Origin: Peribolospora baueri
Taxonomy: Eukaryota
Length of the DNA: 64,000 nucleotides
Direction of reading: 5' to 3'
NCBI GenBank assembly: GCA_029717555.1
Contig: JAMDHS010000106.1
Span: 1-64,000 of the forward strand
The position numbers and the translations under genes are program-made. Below the pieces are notes generated by a model. The model made no database searches. It saw only the letters and a program-made list of their open reading frames with translations, and was not told the DNA's origin. Positions 23,661 through 36,428 of the stretch are shown one piece after another (the stretch's first letter is position 1; each line of letters opens with the position of its first letter).

Positions 23661-26147
23661 ATGTCCAGCGCCCCTTCTTCCTCCCCTCACACTCACCCGC
23701 ACTCACGTCGCGGCAGGCTCACCAGACTCGTCCGTGGCCTTCGATGGCTTTGGGTTCTCGTCGTGCTCTACGCCGAGTACGGCGCGTTTCGAATAGACGT
23801 CGACAAGTGCCAATGGCCGGTCGGTAACGGGGGAGAAGACACTTGGGTGGGTGGGGGCCGGATTGTTCATGGACGTCCATCGGCTCCATCGGCTTTAGAC
23901 GCAGCGGCTCCCGGCTTCCCTCTCACGCTTTCAGATCCCACTCAAAAGTTCGAGCTTGATCGACTCACTCGTCTTTCCTTCTTCTCTCGCAGTCACCTTG
24001 GCTCGCAGCAGGACATCGCCCGTTCCACGTTCTCCTCGTTGCCGATCCTCAGGTGAATAGTTGAATAATATGTTGCGTTCATGCAGGTATACACTGCCAA
24101 GGACCTCTTCCTACCACCCCTCGTCTTCGAGCGCACGCGTCTGTCCCAAGCCCAATTTGACCTCTTCCATACTTTTCCCTCCTTCCGGTCTCTACGGTGC
24201 TTCCTCAGATCATTGACCCGCAGTTATCCTACCCCACCCGCCCCTACTTCCTCGGGAAGCTCACCCAACTCATCACAAACCAGTACCTTCGGAAGAGCTG
24301 GAAGCTCCTCCTTGCGAGACGACCTCCGGATGCTGTGTTGTTTCTTGGGGACCTGATGGACGCCGGCGTTGCTTTGGACGATGAGGCGTGGGTACATCTA
24401 GACCGCCCCAAGTTCTACTCGCGTCTCGTCAGAAATTTCATTTCTTCTCACACCAAAGCAACTGATCTTCTGCGCTGTCCGCCTGATTCACAGCTTCTCC
24501 GCTACCCTCGCCACCTTCCGCACCATCTTCCCCGCGCCCCTCTCCAATGCTCAATTACCCATTCATTACCTCCCAGGAAACCACGACCTACCCTGCCGCA
24601 CACAATCCAACCGCACCCATATACGCTTCGCTCAGAACATCGGTCCGATCGAATACGTGACTGAATTGGGCAACCACACAATCGTAGCTGTAGACAGTCT
24701 CGGTATAGCTGAGGCGGGGAGGGAGTGGGAGGAAGAGCAAACGCTCTCGGGCATGAGATGGCGGGGCGTGGATGAATGGCTCGCGAGCGGGAAGAGGAGT
24801 AGGGCGCTGGAGTTCGTAGAAGGAGTCGAGAACAGTGAGCCAACTGCGACGTTCAGCGGATGAACTCTGCGTCGATCGTCCTTCCTTTCTCGGGCATCAC
24901 TCGTCGAGTTCGTGTTTCCGGCGCCCGCCTCTACCTTCTCGCTCACTCGGTCGCGCCCCCCTCGTCGCCTTGCCCCCAATCCAAGTCAACCCATCGCTTC
25001 CCCGCCTACTCCTCTCCCACATCCCTTTCCAACGCCCTTCCCAATCCTCCTGCGGACCTCTGCGCGAACACAACCGTGGCATCTTGCAGGGCTTCGGCAA
25101 AGGGTATCAGAACTTGCTCGACAAAGACATGAGCGAGTGGGTCTTGACCAGGGTCGGCCCTGTCGCCGTTTTCAGGTGGGTCGTCGTCTTTCGGAATCGG
25201 AAGTCAGATTGGGTTTGGCCTGAGGAGAGTGACGATCTTCGTCAAGCAACGGAGGCCGAGGGGGGCCAGAATTCTCGAGAGCTCATCATCATGTTCCATT
25301 CTATCCTCTCCGGTCCAACCCCATCGTCCTCTCATATTGGACCTCACCCCTTTCCTCCCATAGCGGCGACGACCACGACACCTGCGTGCACATTCACCGA
25401 TTACGCGACAGGTCGATCCCCGAAACCACGGTGCGACCGATGTCGATGGTGATGAACGTCCGTAGACCCGGCTACGCGCTCGTCTCGCTGCTCAACCCCG
25501 CCTCCACAGGGAATGGAGCTGGATCTTCTTCCTCTTGGTCGTATGATACGCTCCGCATGACGACTTGCTTCCTCCCCGACCAGATCCGCCTCTATCTCCA
25601 CCTCTACCTTCCCCTCTTTGCCCTTTCCGTGGCGACGATTTTACTTGTCCATCTCCGGGCATACGTTTCAGAGTGGAGGGGAAGAGCCGCGCAGGACGGA
25701 GAGGGTGCGGTCGAAGGCGAGGATGAAAGTGTTGACGAAGAGGCACTGCTAGGTGGAAGAGGGACCAAGAAGGGTGTGTACGTGAGCGCTGGAGAGGGAG
25801 GAGACAAAGGCAAGCTCCGGGATGGATGGCTCGGCATGCGATCCCGCGGCGCGAACGGCAACGCGATGGACAGCGGTTCGCCGCCCGACCGTGCTCCCGA
25901 GTCTGGTTCGCATGACAACGCTGACGGGGGCGGTGGGGATCCGGACGGCAAGTCACACGGACACTCGGACCAAGGACGAAGACAGCAACAACAGCCGCTG
26001 CTCGGCTTTTCGTCCACCGACTTTGGAAGAAGGGCGAGAAGCAGAATTGCCTTGGGACACTTCGGAAAGGTCGTCGCCGTTTCGGTGGTCCGGGCTGCGT
26101 GGGTGCCTGTGATCGTCTACTTGGGGGTATGGTGGACGTTCGCGTAA
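23661..26147 (+). CDS. CDC1: Cdc1/MPPE1(PGAP5)-family ER metallophosphoesterase (GPI remodelling), multi-exon
   Basis: N-terminal TM helix; motifs VLLVADPQIID, FLGDLMD, YLPGNHD, LLSHIP...CGPLRE, GKGYQNLL and FSGDDHD; C-terminal TM helices. Confidence 0.85.
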
Positions 26148-26557
26148 GCATGGGATGACAGAGGATGGGTCGAGCGCTTATTAGTCGTCGCAATTCTCGA
26201 TGAGGATGACGGTGCAGCAAAGTCCCTTTGGCGCTTACTTGTACTTTATAATGTAAGAATAGTAGCACTCGGCAGTCGTTTCGTTCTTGTCTGCTCGCTT
26301 TTTCCCCCGTCGGCTAGAGTGGACAGCGATTAAATGTGCGGTAAGGTATGCCGGGCGAAGGGCAGGTGAACGCGGCAAGGTACGCCAGTCGAGCGGCCCG
26401 CCCGTTCACAGGGAGAAAAGCTAGAATTAGATGAGAAAACAGGGGGGAAGAAAGGACCAGGACGGTTTTACCAGCGTCGCTGGCAGGGAAGCCGACAGGG
26501 AAAGACGGAAGAGGCCATGTCCGGTCAACCGTCCTATTCTGCGTCTCGGCTTCCTCA

Positions 26558-27873
26558 TCAGCCCATCCTCGATCTTCGGCCCTCCGATTGGCCCCTGCGC
26601 TCATCCCACGCGACGACGCTAACCTCCTCCACGAACCCGACCAACACGACCCTCCGTCCGTCGCTGATATCCACGCCCGCATGCTCGAGCTTGCCATCAT
26701 GCAAGAGCGCGGCGCCTTGGCGGAGGAAGAAGGTATGAGAGAGGCTTGAGTGGGAGAAGCGGGTGCCTCCGCCGGTGAAAGAAGCGGGGTCGTTGAGAAG
26801 GAGGGAGAAGGAGAGGAGGCTCCCGTCCATGTGAAGGGCCAGACCTCTTTGGGAGCCGACGCCTCGTCGCCGTCGCCGTCGCCGTCTGTCCTCTTCCGCT
26901 TCCGCCTCCCGAAAGCCAGCCTCGTGCTGGCCGTCGACGCTGTTTGAGACTCCTTGCTCTCCTCGATCCTCCTCGTCGACCGCATCGTAAGAGACGACAA
27001 ACAAATCCCTGAACCCGAGCCCTCCCTTAGGAAAGCCGGTCGTCTCCTCAAGGGGTGCCAAGACCCTCTCTCTCACCCACCCGGAGATCTGATCCCGGTT
27101 CCCAGGCGGAAAGTGAGAGACGGGCACGTCGGTCGTCGAGAAGGCGCCGTGTCTAGAGGTGGTGAAGCCGTGCGAGGCGACGTGCGTCTCTAGGGTGGCA
27201 AGGATGGCGGCGCATTCAGAGGCGGAGAGGATCGGGTCGAGGACGGTGGGCAGGAGCGGCGCTCGTACGCGAATCGAGGATGGGCGGTCGCTCGGACCAC
27301 CTCCGGACGACGCGGGCGTCTCCTTCCTCGTTTCTTCCTCGTGCGTGCGCGATGAGGTCGAGGCCGGAATGGCGTGCGTCGTAGCCTCCACGGCCTCGTC
27401 CATACCAATCCATATCGCCAGACCGGACTCGACCTCGCTCTCCACGTCCTTCGATCCGTTCAGCTCGTCCAGGTTTGCGAGACCGATCTGTCGAAGCATG
27501 ATGTACATCCTTCGTGCGTCCGCTGAGGAGCGATGGACGCAAGTTTTGTTGGCCAGGTCAACAGCGCCTCTTCGGAGCTATGTAGTGGGAAAGGAGACAG
27601 ACATGTGTCAAAGAGGAGAGGCAATGCTCCCAAGTCAAATGAGCGGGCCGGGGAATGTTCACCGACAGCCGTAGCCGACCCGAACCGAATCGGTCCACTC
27701 ACCCGGACAAGGTACGCCTTCTTCCTTCGGAGCGCATCCTCTCGCTCTCGCGTCGGCGACTCGGACGCAAAGAGGTCCAACGCAAACCGACTTTCCTCAT
27801 CGCCATTGACCTCGTCCGGTCTCGCTGATTCGCGAAGGTCCTTTTCCTCGGTACCAAGGTCCATGAACGGCAT
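26558..27873 (-). CDS. 2-oxoglutarate/Fe(II) dioxygenase resembling the lysyl hydroxylase (PLOD) catalytic domain, 2 exons
   Basis: Motifs RHGAFSTTDVP, DLFVVSY, LALHMDGSLLSFSLLLN (HxD), FTGGGTRF and LLHDGKLEHAG...GRRVVLVGFV (distal His and 2OG-binding Arg). One GT-AG intron at about 27703-27581 joins the frames. Confidence 0.8.
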
Positions 27874-28518
27874 TGGCCGGCAGGACCACCGATCGAGGTT
27901 GGTCCGGCAGGAGACTGACCAGCTCTTACACGAGGAGCAGTGGATCCTTCCTAATTTACGCGACGCGCGTCGACCAGAGAAGGCCCAGATGAGATGGACA
28001 CGCCGGCCTCAGTCTCGAAAGCAAGGCGACACTGCCGATGCCAACCGTTCCTCATTATAAACATGGCGCTTGGGTCCACGGAGGGATGTGTGGTGAGCTA
28101 GTTAAGAACTACAAAAAAAGGGCAGGGCAGGGCAGGGCAGGGCAGGGGCGTGTCCGCAGAAAAAGCAAATCTACATACTTCCTGTATAACGAGCTCACGG
28201 AAAACGAACGACAAGCAGAAGAGAGCATGCGATGAAAAAAAGGCGGCGAAGGGACGCGAATGATGATGACGACGGTGACGGTGAGGGCGACGATGATGAT
28301 GATGATGATGATGAAGGTGACCGACTAGATGAGGGATAGGACGGGCGTATATGGAACGAAGACAAGGGATTCGGGAAGTTTGACGAGGGTGGATAACATA
28401 ATGTCCGATGGAAAGCGGGAAGAAAAGGTGGAAGATCGATTTTCAGCGCATTGCCATCCCCTGCCGCAAAACGAAACCAAAAAGGACCGCGGAGGTCGCC
28501 AGCCTGCTCTCAGCCAGC

Positions 28519-31111
28519 TCAGGGCATGGTCAGCTGGCCGAGGGAGCGGTTGACGGTGTGGGTGATCTGGTTCTTGGCCTTGCTCATGCCCCTGCTCCAG
28601 ATGCCTGAGCTGCAGGAGGACGAGTTGGAGGGAGAAGGCGAAACGGAACGCTCGATGCGAGCGCCTATAGTGGCACTGTTGGCTCGCTGCGGGGGCGTGA
28701 AGGTGTGCGCTGGCTCGCGGATGGCGGGAGCCGGTGCCGGTGCCGGTGCCGGGCGAGGGTAGCAGAATGCAGCGTCAAAGTCCGGTGGCGCGTCGAGGAC
28801 GCCGGGATTGTTGGTCTTCGCAACAGGGCGAGGAGGCGGCCCGCTTGTTGTCGGCATCGGCATGGAGGAGAGAGAAGAGAAAGAGGAGACGGAGGACGTA
28901 GGATCGTGGCGGACGTGGGGCAGGTCCGCAAAGCGTTCCAGGCTTTGCAAGCTTCCCTGGGAGTCTTTACGGCAGAAGGTGGGCGATGGCGAGGGGGACG
29001 ACTCGTGGCGCTCGCGGTCGCGGTCACGATCGCCCTTGCGAGAGGAGCCGCGAGTGAAGAAAGAGCGGATGGAGGAAGGCGAGTGGAGACCGCGGAAGAT
29101 GTCGTGCTCTGGCGTACCCGGGCTGACGGGCAACTCGTCCATCGACGAAGGTGCTCCGCCGAGGAAGGCGGAAACCAGTTGACCCTTGCCCCTGGTGATA
29201 GAGCCGGCCGGAGAGCCGCTCTCAGAGCCTCTGGATGGCGACAAGGAGAGGGCTGTCGGTCCGGTTAGCGAGTAAGATCGCTGAAGAATGGGAACGGGCT
29301 GCTCTTGCTGCTGCTGCCCGACCACATCGGAGGCCGCCGTCGATGGCCTGTTCGCCGTCGGCTTGCGCAAGTCGTCCAATGGGCCTGCAGAACCTTGCCT
29401 CTGATGAGGTAGCGTTGAACGCTGGACTCTGGAATCAGATGGAGCCATAACGGCCGTCCGCTCGGGTGCGCGTGTCGAGTTGGAGAGGGCCTTGGACGCA
29501 TACGGAGTCCCTGGGTGTGGGGCGCCAAAAGGCTGCAACAAGGGCCGAGGAGGGCCAGTCTTTCGAACCAGAGCCGGGGCCTTGACACCTTCGGTGAAGT
29601 GCGCCAAAGCCAAAGGGGCCACCGAAGCGTTCTCCTGAGGGGCAGAGGTCGTGGCTGAGAAGGACTTGTCGTCGTCATCCGACTGGCTCCCCGCTTCAGA
29701 ACGCGCGTAAATTCCCCGATCTGAACGCGGGCTGCACGAACCATCGTCCTCGTCGGCGGACGACGAAACACCCTGACCCTGGTCACGGCGACGGCGGCGA
29801 CGAGAAGCAGATCGGTCAAGCCGGTTCGCTTTCTTGGCCGCCATCTCCTTGAACCAGTGGAACGAGGACCTGAGCTCGTTAAGGCTAGGAGAGCCCTCGC
29901 TGCGCATAGCAGCTCCCCTCTCCTCTTCCGTGGTATTGGGCCCAAGGCCATAAAAGGCGTCGATGAACTCATGCCAGGTATTGGGGAAGTCATCGTTCGT
30001 CGCCATGCGTGGCGCAGGCGGTTGCTCCTCCGGGGGAGCTTCTGGAGCCACGGGAGCCCTAACCGGAGGCCTGTTGGCTCCTTGAGCAGGTGCCGGGACC
30101 GGTGTCGTGGTTGGAGTTGCGACCGGGGCCGCCAACGGGGCCGGTACTGGCGCCGCGACCGGTGCCGCAACCGGTGCTGGGGCAAGAGTATGTCCCCGGG
30201 TCGACTCGCTTTCCTTGGGCGCTTCTTCGACCGCTTTGGTGACTCGGTTCGCTACTTCAGCCGTACTTCGGGCAGCAGCAGCAGGAGGTGATCCGGTCGT
30301 CTTCGACGCATTCGCTTGAGAGGAAGGCTCGGGCGAGGGAGACGAGCCGTCCACGTCCTTCGCCTCGTCCGCTTTCTCGACGCTGCCTCGCTCCGCGCCC
30401 GCTCGATCGATCTGCTCGTCCATCTCGGACCGGCCATCGACGGCCTCGTTGGCAGGGGCAGGGGCCGTCGGGTGGTGAAGAGTAGCGGCGCTAGAATCAG
30501 CTCCCCCTCCCCCTCCGCCCCACACCAAAGGCGTCCCAATAATACCATGCCTCGCCTTCCTATCCTTCCGTCTCGGCCTCAGCCTCTCAGACCGATGAAT
30601 GGCCAATTCCTCAACAAGACCTCCCTCGCCGCCGACGCCGCCGCCGCCATCGGCATTCGTCGTCGTCGTCGTACTACCCGCCGCCGCACCGGGCCGGAAG
30701 GTCATATCAACGGAGCGGGACACATAGGGCAGTACGCCATTTTTTCGGAACATCCGACCCCCCGTCGTCTTGGTCTTGGTCGCGGCCGCGTCTGAGACGG
30801 CGGCAGGAGCGGAGGCGACGGAGCAAGAGGAGACTGTGGAAGTGGTAGACGAAGACTCGTAGCCGCCGTCGCCTTCGCTCTCCACGAGGCTCGCTGCTGA
30901 AGAGGCGGATGCGGTGCGCAAGTGGCCGGCGGAGGAGGGTACGGAGGAGGCTGGGGACGACGGTCGCTGAAGGGCGGTCGGGTCGGGATTGGGAGAGGTG
31001 GAGCGAGACGCAAGGTTTTCTTCAATCGTCGAAGCGGACGCCTGTCGACGCGCATTGTGGAAGGTGGTAGACCATGGTCGAAACGAATCCTGCTGCTGCT
31101 GCTGCTGCTGC

Positions 31112-31142
<31 letters not shown>

Positions 31143-32778
31143 GCTGCTGCTGCTGCAAGTTCGCCAACAGCATCAACTCTCGAGGACCGGAGTGAGGGGA
31201 AGGCGACGTCCGGCCGGTGGCCGGCGTAACCGACGTGGTGGACGCCGATGCAGAGCGACCGCGCTGGCCTGCAGGCAAAGCCGCGCCCATGGCGTCTGAG
31301 CCGGACCGGAAGCGCTTGTCTGCTGTACGCGCTGGGGCGCTGACAGTGCCAGACGCTGGTGTCGTCGTTGTCGCTGTCGCTGATGCCTCTGCGTCGGTCT
31401 GCTTCTGCTGCTGCTTCTGTTGCTTCTGTTGCTGCTGTTGAGGACTCGGAGAGAAGACGGAGGAAGCGGAAGACGCGGTGTCCATGGGCGTCGGCGAGAA
31501 CAGGCTTGAGGCTGGTCCGGCGGACGTGGACCCGGACGACGGAGTGGTGGGGGAGAACATGGCAGAAGACGCGAGGCGGGTGTTTGACGACGACGGAGAG
31601 GGGTCCACCGGCGCGTCCTGCGAGGGTCGAGAGGAATGGAGGGAGAGGAAGTTGAGCGCCAAGCCGATGTCGTTCTCGTTGGAGTGTGCCTTGGAGGGGG
31701 AGCCGCTTCTCGGGTTGCCGCTCGTTGACCCAGCACTGTTCACCACTCTCATCGGAGCGGGAGAGGCGTTGAAGGGGGTCGACCGACGAGGAGAAGGCGG
31801 ATCATGGAGGGCGGCGGCGAGGTGCATGGCGACAAAGGCAGCGGATGTGAGCGGTGGGTCGGCAAGCACCTCCTCCTTCAGGTCGTCATCATCCGAGTCC
31901 CGCCTATTCGTCGGCGGCGTCCGTGATGGCGGTGCGACGTTCCGGACGGCCTGGCCGCGGTCTGCTTCGCGCTCGCTAAAACTCTCTTTCGCTCGTCCCC
32001 CCTGCTCGTATCCCGATACGGAATTCCCTCTAGGTCGAGAGGAGGAAGAGGATGGGCTTTGTATTGGAGCGTGACCGTCCGCGAGCGCCGGCGAGGCGGC
32101 GGGACTACTTGCCCTGAGGTCAGCGATGGATATGCCACGAGAGAGCTCGTCAAAGACGGCGGACATCTCGTCGGCCATGCTCCTGATATGCTTGGTCGTG
32201 GACTTTTTCTTCTTCCTTCCCGTCGAACCCCCTGGGCTGGATCGGGCGGAGCTGGTGGCGCGGAGTGCGGGTTCGGAAGGGCGGGAGTGAAGAGAAAGAG
32301 AGTAGGGTGAGGAAGAAATGGATGATGGCACGGCCGTTGACGTCGTCGGCCGGAAGCGATCGGAGGCTGACATGGGCGGGGAGAGGGAGGCAGAGGAGTA
32401 CACGGAGCGGAGGCTGGGTGCTGAAACGGGGGTGGGGATGGAAGAGGAAGAAGCTCCGAGGTCGGGATGATGGTAGAAGGCCTCTCCGCTGCGTCGAGAT
32501 GTGCGACGGCCTTCGACGGGGGTGAGAGAACGGGCAGGGGAGAGCGGGCTTGCGATGGAAATGCTGAGCGACGGTGGTGGAGAGGAGTGGCCCTGGAAGC
32601 GAGAGACGACGGCGCGGGCGAGGGGAGAATGGGAGGACGGCGTGGACGGCGAACCGGTCTGTGCGCTTGGGTAGGAACCCGCTGATGAGGCTCGCGAGAA
32701 GGGCCATGCAGTACCGCTTGTCCGAGAGGGGGAGGCTGCCAGGCTGTCCGACGGCCCAGCGTTTGCGTTTGGTCGCAT
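28519..32778 (-). CDS. Large intronless, Ser/Pro-rich, largely disordered protein of unknown function (1419 aa) with a polyQ tract
   Basis: 4.26 kb uninterrupted ORF of low-complexity composition with no recognisable domain. Confidence 0.75.
31090..31155 (-). repeat. (CAG/CAA)22 coding repeat giving Q22
   Basis: CTG/TTG triplets on the plus strand, in frame in the 1419-aa ORF. Confidence 0.95.
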
Positions 32779-34271
32779 CGTCTTGGAGGACGAGCCGACG
32801 CAGGGAAGCGCAGGCGAGCCCGTGGCAGCGAACGGAAGAGGGGAGAGCCGAAGGGCGAGGGGGAGGAGCGAGTGGTGAGAGAGAGAGGTCGGCGACGATC
32901 TTCCAGTGAAGGGAGGCCAGGTCGGTGCGAGGCCGTGGGCGGGGGAGAGGGAGGATGGTGGAAGAGGGAAGGAACAGGCGAGAGGGAGGGCGAAGTCGAG
33001 GGCAGGGAAGAGGCGAGGCGTGTGACGGATGCCGGGAGGAGGAGATATAAAATCCGCTTTCGTAAGGACCTTGGTGGTCCACGCCAGGTCAGGTCAGGTC
33101 AGTCAGGTCAGGTCCGCGGTGGGCGAGATCGAGTCCGTCCAGTGCAAGTCCAATCAATCTCTCTCCGTCCCGTCCAGTCCATCTCTCTCTCTCTCTCTGT
33201 CTCTCTCTGGCTGTGCCTGTCTCGAGTGTCGGCAAAAATGCTGATGCCGAGCGCTGGCCGGGCACTGGCACTGGCACGCGCACGTGAGGGATCCGCGAGT
33301 GCAGCCAAACATGACCGCCGATTATTAGCGATTAGCTGGGGAAGTGGTGCCAGGCGATGATGGCAAGCGCTTTCAGACATCCCGCTGGACAAGACAAGAC
33401 AAGACAAGACAAGCAGGCCGACGCCAATCCCTCGCCCCGGGCCGTCCCATCAATCCTTCCGAGGGCGCCTGCCGCCCGCCTCCTGCCAGCCAGAGCAGAG
33501 CAGAGCAGAGCAGAGCGTCAGCACCACCACCACCACCACCCCCTCTTCGTCGACCAGCCAGCCAGGGCGGCGACGAGCACGACAGGCAGAGAAGGAACAT
33601 AACAGACGAGCCTTAAGACGCGTCCCAGAGACGACCAGCGTGCGCCTTTCCGACCTCGCCCGCCAGTCGACGCCCGCGCCGTGCTCCGACGTCGATCGCA
33701 GCGCGCCCCACACATACTGCCGCAAAACCGCCGCGTGTGGGAGGAAGGTTGTGCGACGACGGCGGCGGTCAGCGGCGCCGACGCTCATCATCAGGCACAC
33801 AACGCCGCCTAGAGCGCAGCACAGAGCAGCGCAGCGCATGCGAGTACTTAGAGCCCAAGGAAGCGCCCATGACCAACAAAGTCGGGCCCATGAACGTGAA
33901 AGGTTGTGCTCCGTCGCTGTCCGCGACCCACTCACCGCCTGTGCTGTGCTGTGCGGTCGCCCGACACCGCGTGTCGAAGTTGCCGCCTTCTTCCACCCCG
34001 TCGCCGTCGGTCCACCACCGTCCATCCATGTGCGGCAAAGGCTCGATGCTAGATAGCGACGCGGAGTGCATACGCGTCGATGAATCTCCGTCACGACGAC
34101 CGGTAGGACGAACAGAGTCATTCGAGACCTGCCTGCGCACCGCGGCCGTGGGCCCAGTGGACGTGGACAGGGTGGGAACAGCAAAGAGCATTTCGGGACC
34201 GGCTCTTGTGCGAGGTCCGGCCTCGGCTCAGCCGTTCCGGGCGCCGAGACCGGTCCGCACGGCGTCCTGCC

Positions 34272-34368
34272 GAACAGAACAGAACAGAACAGAATAGAAT
34301 AGAATAGAATAGAACAGAATAGAACAGAATAGAACAGAATAGAACAGAATAGAACAGAATAGAACAGA
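34272..34368. repeat. Compound pentanucleotide microsatellite (AGAAC/AGAAT)n with a 10-bp higher-order unit AGAACAGAAT
   Basis: About 19 pentamer units read directly from the sequence. Confidence 0.95.
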
Positions 34369-35607
34369 GGCCGACACCGCGGCTGGAATTCGCGGCTGCC
34401 GGCGTCGACGACCTTCTCTACTTCTCGCCGGACGTGCCGCAAAGCGATGACACAATCAACGTCGACGACGTGCGACGCCCTCGTTTGTCCCGAAGTACCA
34501 TCTTTATTCCTCCTTTTCTTTCCTTCTCCTTTCCCCGGCCGTCGCGACTGGCTCTCGCCGTCTCGCCCGTTTCGAATGTGCACCAGAAAGAAGTGCCCTA
34601 TAGAAAAATCCAGAACTTACTCTCCAAGGTGTAGTTGTGGAGATGGAAAGTTCTCGTCTCCTGGAAATGACCATGACCAGGCTAGAGCGCATGAACTCTT
34701 CGAAGGACGAGCAGATCGACGGATCGAACGAACGCGCCGCGTCCGACGGAAGAGAGAGGAGAGAGGAAAAACGCGACCAGTAGGCGGGGCGTCCCGTGCG
34801 AAGGAAGTCGAAGCCACCGCTTTGACTGTCTGCTTACAGGGTATACAAAAGGGAGGCGGAAAATGGACAGAGGCAACAAGAAGCATCGGACGACATGGGT
34901 GCTCGTCGAGGAATCACCACCGAACTTTCGCGGGCGGATCGTTCCTCCCGGGAATCGGCCTAAAGTCTCTCACGACCAGATCGGGAATCGTCGCTCCCCG
35001 CGTCGCGTCCTCGCCATAATCCCCGGCGGACGGTGAACCTGGGCGGAGAGGTCCAAAAATTCATGGTAGTGCAGCACGACCTGGGAGAAGATGCTGATCC
35101 ACAGCCCGGAGACGTCGGGTTCCTCGAGCGTTCCTTCCTGCAGGATCTTGCTAATCGGCACGTCGTCCGGATTGTACATGCGCACCTGAAGGTTGTTAGG
35201 AAGATAGCCAGACACGTTCCGTTGGTTGAGGACCAGCGGCTCGGACCTCATGGCCTGTACGTTGTTGGGCTGGGCGACCGTACCTGATGAGGAGGACGGC
35301 GCCTATACGGTAGGACAGGCATAAGAGATGCCACGGTCGCAGTCCTCGAGTCGACTTATATACTCGCGCGTTCGGCCCTCTTGATGCAGATAGATGGATG
35401 ATGGATGGCTCACCCGAGCAACGTCTTCTTGTCTCTATAACCGAAGATGATGCGCGCAAGAGCTCATCAGCCACCCTTCCCTCGTGACTCTTCTAGGCGG
35501 AAAACGCAACTCCATACATGCATGCATTATGAGTGAAAGGCGGGGACGCGTGATCATCCCTCGCTATGAAGGGGGCGCCGGGATAGGAACGTTCCTGGGA
35601 TCTCAAC

Positions 35608-35692
35608 GGGGGTTTAGATCAGATGGTAGATCGCTTGCTTCGCATTCATGAGAACATGCAAGAGGTCCAGGGTTCAATTCCCTGAGCCTCCA
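35608..35692 (+). tRNA. tRNA-Ala (anticodon CGC) with a 12-nt intron at 35645-35656
   Basis: Acceptor stem GGGGGTT/AGCCTCC with the G3:U70 alanine identity pair; D arm GATC/GATC; anticodon stem CTTGC/GCAAG; T loop GGTTCAATTCC; discriminator A; downstream T-runs consistent with a Pol III terminator. Confidence 0.95.
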
Positions 35693-36151
35693 TTTTGGTC
35701 ATTTTTTTCTCGTTCTTCTCATCGTCTTCCCAACAACAGGCAAGCAGAGGCGAGAGGCGGTTCGGTCGGCGCTGCAGACCGCATGACGACGCGCTTGCTT
35801 TTTCTTGCCCGCCGCACGACGTTTACGAGCAGGTACGTGTAACATGGCCCCACTCTCATCCAAACTAAACCGGCGGACCCGATCGTATGGATTGCCCAAT
35901 AATTAGACGACGGCACGACAAAGCAGAAAGAAGGAGAAACCAATGGCGACTCCAGCGAAGAGGAGCAAGTTGCGGACCTACGTCCCGCTCCGCTCTCTGT
36001 CACGACGGGTGGGCCGTGCAAGGAAGCGAGCGGGATACGAAAAAGAAAACGAACGCGGGAAACACTTGGGAAATCCACACTCCCCGGCGAGATGATGACG
36101 TCTATCCTCCGTTCACATATTCCGCCCGATTTTCCCCATGCCACCGTAATC

Positions 36152-36396
36152 TCACCACCTTCCATACGGCCTCCCCGGCTCGCCCTTGGTCGACCGAGTG
36201 GTCGATCGTACGCCTTTCTTCAGCGGCGTCCTGCCGCCGCCCGCGCCATTGTCGCCAAATCTCGTGTCCGTCTCGCGCTCGGTGCCAAAGAGCGTCGGTG
36301 CCGCGGGGGGCGTGGGAGGCGGGGCTGTACTGGCTGTCGAGGTGGAGGAGAAGGAGGAGCTCGAAAAGGCTGGGAGGAGAGAGGACGCGGGGCCAC

Positions 36397-36428
<32 letters not shown>

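Noticed and set aside
33387..34368. Regular short repeats (GACAA, GCAGA, AGAAC/AGAAT) considered as a CRISPR-like or satellite array
   Set aside because: They are simple microsatellites with no spacers, the genome is eukaryotic, and there are no cas genes.
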